This document shows, piece after piece, positions 60,881-64,000 of a stretch of 64,000 nucleotides of DNA; within the stretch, counting starts at the first letter, position 1; each line of letters opens with the position of its first letter. The stretch covers positions 1,798,001 through 1,862,000 of the forward strand of contig CAVNZM010000012.1 of the NCBI GenBank assembly GCA_963693365.1. The letters run 5' to 3'. The notes beneath the pieces are model-generated. The model had not been told where the DNA came from. It did not search any database and was given only the letters and a program-made list of their open reading frames with translations. A program made the position numbers and the translations under genes. This stretch comes from Amoebidium appalachense. Lineage: Eukaryota > Protista > Ichthyosporea.

Positions 60881-61733
60881 GGTGAGGTGTCGAGATCAAG
60901 ATATGCATGTGTACCTTCATAATGGACGGGGGCGGGGGGGGGGGGGGGGGGGGAGGGGGGGGGGGATGATGGAGTGGGAGATGGGGATGGGCGGGGGGAA
61001 GGGGAGGGGGGTAGGGGTGGATAACTGTGTGCTCGGATATTAAAGGCCTCGAGTGGACTGCTTTTTTGTGTTCGTGCTGGTGTTCGTATTTCTCTGGAGT
61101 GGTCGGACTGACGGCACACACACACACTCACACACTCACACACTCACACACACTCACACACACACACAGCCCAAGTGGGGCTATCTACCCCAGTCTCCGT
61201 TCATCGACCCGCAGCATGCCCCCACCAAGGCCACCACCTGCCGTTTCTGCATGCACCAGCACCTGAAGCTGGAAAAGGGCCAGCAGAAAGAGGGTGTGTG
61301 ACTTTGTTATTTTTATTTTTAGTACTTTGATTGTTTATTTGTTTTAGTAATTTTTCCGTTTATTTTTAGGATTTCTATTTATGTGATCCGGGTCGGGTCA
61401 GAACCGAAATTGATTTACTTGTCATGATTGGCGAGATGCGCATCAAACAGCGTTTTGGGTTGACTCGAAGGGGCCCATAAATCGGCCTTAAAACAAAAGA
61501 AACCCCTTTAGGCGACGGAGATGTAAAGGAGGTTCATATAAAAAGGAATGGGGGAGGATGGTTCTAGGTTTGGGAAGGGGAGGGATGGGGAATAAGGACC
61601 GTGCAAAAAAAGATGGTGAAAAGTGGGTAATTGGTTCGAGTTTTGGGGAGGGAGGGCATGTGAGCAAGAATCATATGAAAGGGAGGGTATTTTGCTCGAG
61701 GTGGGCAAAGGAGACACGTGGGCAGGGACCGGT

Positions 61734-61786
<53 letters not shown>

Positions 61787-62612
61787 GAAGATTCCTAGCA
61801 ATGGGAAGGGAAGCAGAATGGGAGCAGGTCTAGGTGGTTAGGCGAGCAACTTGCATATCCTGGGTGGTGGATGTAGGAGCCTGGGGCTTGTGGATAATAG
61901 TTTGTGTGTGTATGGGTGCTTGGGTGCTTGTGTTTTCGAGGGGAGGGATGGGGATAAGGGGGGAGGCGGGAGGGGGGACGGGGGGGGGGGGGGGGGGGGG
62001 GGGGTTGGGGTTATATTCGTCCCGGCAAGTGGTTTATCTGGTCCCCCTTCTCTCTCCCTACCTTCGACGCTCCACCCCCTCCCCCTCACCTGCCCCAACC
62101 CGAATTCTGATGTATGGCTAGATATGGATTGGGAGATCGAGGGTGGGGGGGGGGGGGGGGAGGGGGGGAGAAAGAGGGAGAGGGAGAGGGAGAGTTGCAA
62201 CGCTTGGCTCTATAAAGCCGTAGCGGGATGCCCGTGAACAGAATCAGTCAGAACTGAGAAGTTGAACACAGTTTGCAAGCAAGAATTATCCATTGAGAGA
62301 TTGTATTTTCCAAAACTCGACAGAAACCAATAATAGATCTTAACCAAAAAAAAAAGCCATTAGCATTGTATTGACAACATGAGTTTCTTGTTTCAAAACC
62401 CGCACTATGTGCATCCCAGTGCACGGCCACGAGTAAGAGATACCTCATCCTCGTCATCTGATTGGGCCTTTGCAGTGAGCCGCTACTGCCCGCTAGACCT
62501 GTACAGTGGGGATCGTATACGCATGCTCAAGGCACTGGGTGACTTGTTGTGGACCCCCCAGAATAACCTTAAGGTCTACAGGAACAACACGTCTGTACTC
62601 ATGCACACAAAG
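58773..62612 (+). CDS. IPK1: Inositol-pentakisphosphate 2-kinase, 5' part (probably continues beyond the window)
   Basis: Exons 58773-58919, 59289-59432, 59998-60121, 60637-60707, 61170-61293 and 62476-62612 join in frame. IPK1 motifs: WVYRDEGGANII, VLRLRK, CVEIKPKWG, CRFCMHQHLK, YCPLDLYSG, PQNNLKV. Confidence 0.92.
59574..59723 (+). mobile_element. 3'-half copy of the structured element (subfamily 2) in IPK1 intron 2
   Basis: Near-identical to 52486-52630. Confidence 0.8.
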
Positions 62613-62883
62613 GTGGGTGAACGTGTGGGTGGACGGGTGAGTGTGTGTGCGGGGGGAGGGGGGGGGGGGTTGGGGGGGGGTGCTGCAAGGGGAGGGAGGA
62701 GGAAGAGGGGGAAGGGGGAGGAGGCGGAAGGGGAGGTGGTGAGGATAGGGGGGGGGGGGGGGGGGAGGGAGGGAGGGAGGGAGGGGGGGGAAACGAGGGT
62801 GGGCAAAGAGGTGGGAGGGAGAAATGAGTGTGAGGATGTGTGTGTGGATCTGCTCACAGTGAGCTTTTTCGGAAAGTGTCGAT

Positions 62884-62919
<36 letters not shown>

Positions 62920-62920
62920 C

Positions 62921-62951
<31 letters not shown>

Positions 62952-62952
62952 T

Positions 62953-63004
<52 letters not shown>

Positions 63005-63840
63005 TGCTGATGGGGTGTGGGTCTGTTAGGATCCAAATGTGGACCCGGCCAGTCGGATTGCAGATCTGAGCACAGCATTGCAGGTAGGGATCCCCCCCCC
63101 CTCCCCCTGCCGCCGCACAAAAAAAAAAAAAAAAAAAAAAAAACGTAATACCAATAGAAATCCTCCATGCTGCCCATGCTTCCTCTTGCTCCTCCTTTTC
63201 TACTAATCTATCTTCTTTTTTAAAAAAGGCCCTTTTTGGTATGTTTGTTTGCTAGTTTTTATCCTTCTGTATGCCGTCGGCTGTGTGCATATGCTGTCCG
63301 TCTGGGCAAAGGCAAGAGAGAGAGAGGGAGGGGGGGGGGGGGGGGTCAGGCGGTTGGCTGTGTGCTTGTGCTATGATATGAGTGAGGGTGTGCCATGTGC
63401 CCACAAGTGCAACCACAGGACGTTCTGCCAGCAACCAACCCCTCTGAGATGCCCATCACTACCGTGCATGCTGAAGACCCCTTGCTTGGGTACACAACCC
63501 CCCCCCCCCCCCCCCGCGCCCCCGCCCCTGGCTGGCCCTCCCCCTCTCCCCTCTGACTTTGAAAACCTCCCCCCCCCCCCCCCCCCCCTCGATCCCCCGT
63601 GTATCCGCACACACACAACACCGTTTTTTCTCAATGTGTGTAACTCCCCTTTTCCTCTCTTCCGTGAATACGAGTGTTTGTATGGCCCGTGTACCCAATG
63701 TGTGCACAGCGTGTACAATTCCAAGTACGAGAGTAGCGTAGAGAGAAAGGAACGAGAATTCAAAGAAATAACAACCTGTGAGGAGCATGCTTTTATAATA
63801 TAGAGCCACTGTGTTTGTTCTTTCTCTTTCCACCCGTAAA

Positions 63841-63985
63841 TGGGTCGAAACTTGGGCACTGTATATGACTTGGGGCTGCGCCCGCCAATGGGCTCTGTTC
63901 GTTATGCACACCTTATGTGTGGTTTGCGCCCTGCATTATGTTATCAGTCGTAACTTGTACTTCCTACTTTATAAAACATTCTGCC
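63841..63985 (+). mobile_element. Old diverged copy of the structured element
   Basis: gggtcgaaacttgggcactg..atgacttgggg...atgggctctg...cattctg-C-run aligns by eye to subfamily 1. Confidence 0.6.
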
Positions 63986-64000
63986 CCCCCACCTCCCTCC

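Overview
Eukaryotic, intron-rich genomic DNA whose introns and intergenic DNA are packed with (CA/GT)n, (GA/CT)n and long poly-C/poly-G tracts; most ORFs in the supplied track are artefacts of these. Genes were rebuilt by hand from GT-AG exons. Left to right: a decayed Plavaka/CMC-type transposase exon followed by tandem arrays (0.8-3.7 kb); two related Helitron remnants (3.7-7.6 kb); two convergent, intronless paralogues encoding secreted Cys-rich (VWC/pacifastin-like) Thr-rich mucin-like proteins, flanking a probably decayed solute-binding-protein/class C 7TM receptor gene; a 10-exon nuclear lamin homologue (rod, NLS, lamin-tail domain, CRIM CaaX); a 74-aa SMP/LEA-like gene; a 26-exon bifunctional GARS-AIRS (ADE5,7-type) gene; and the 5' part of IPK1. 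This gene combination suggests a unicellular opisthokont such as an ichthyosporean (inference). The most striking unexplained signal is a ~265-bp poly-C-flanked element at about ten intronic sites, always sense to the host gene and sometimes head-to-tail. Its two subfamilies keep the same helices and a pseudoknot through compensatory changes and carry hammerhead-like core motifs, making it a candidate ribozyme-bearing non-autonomous retroelement or intronic ncRNA family.
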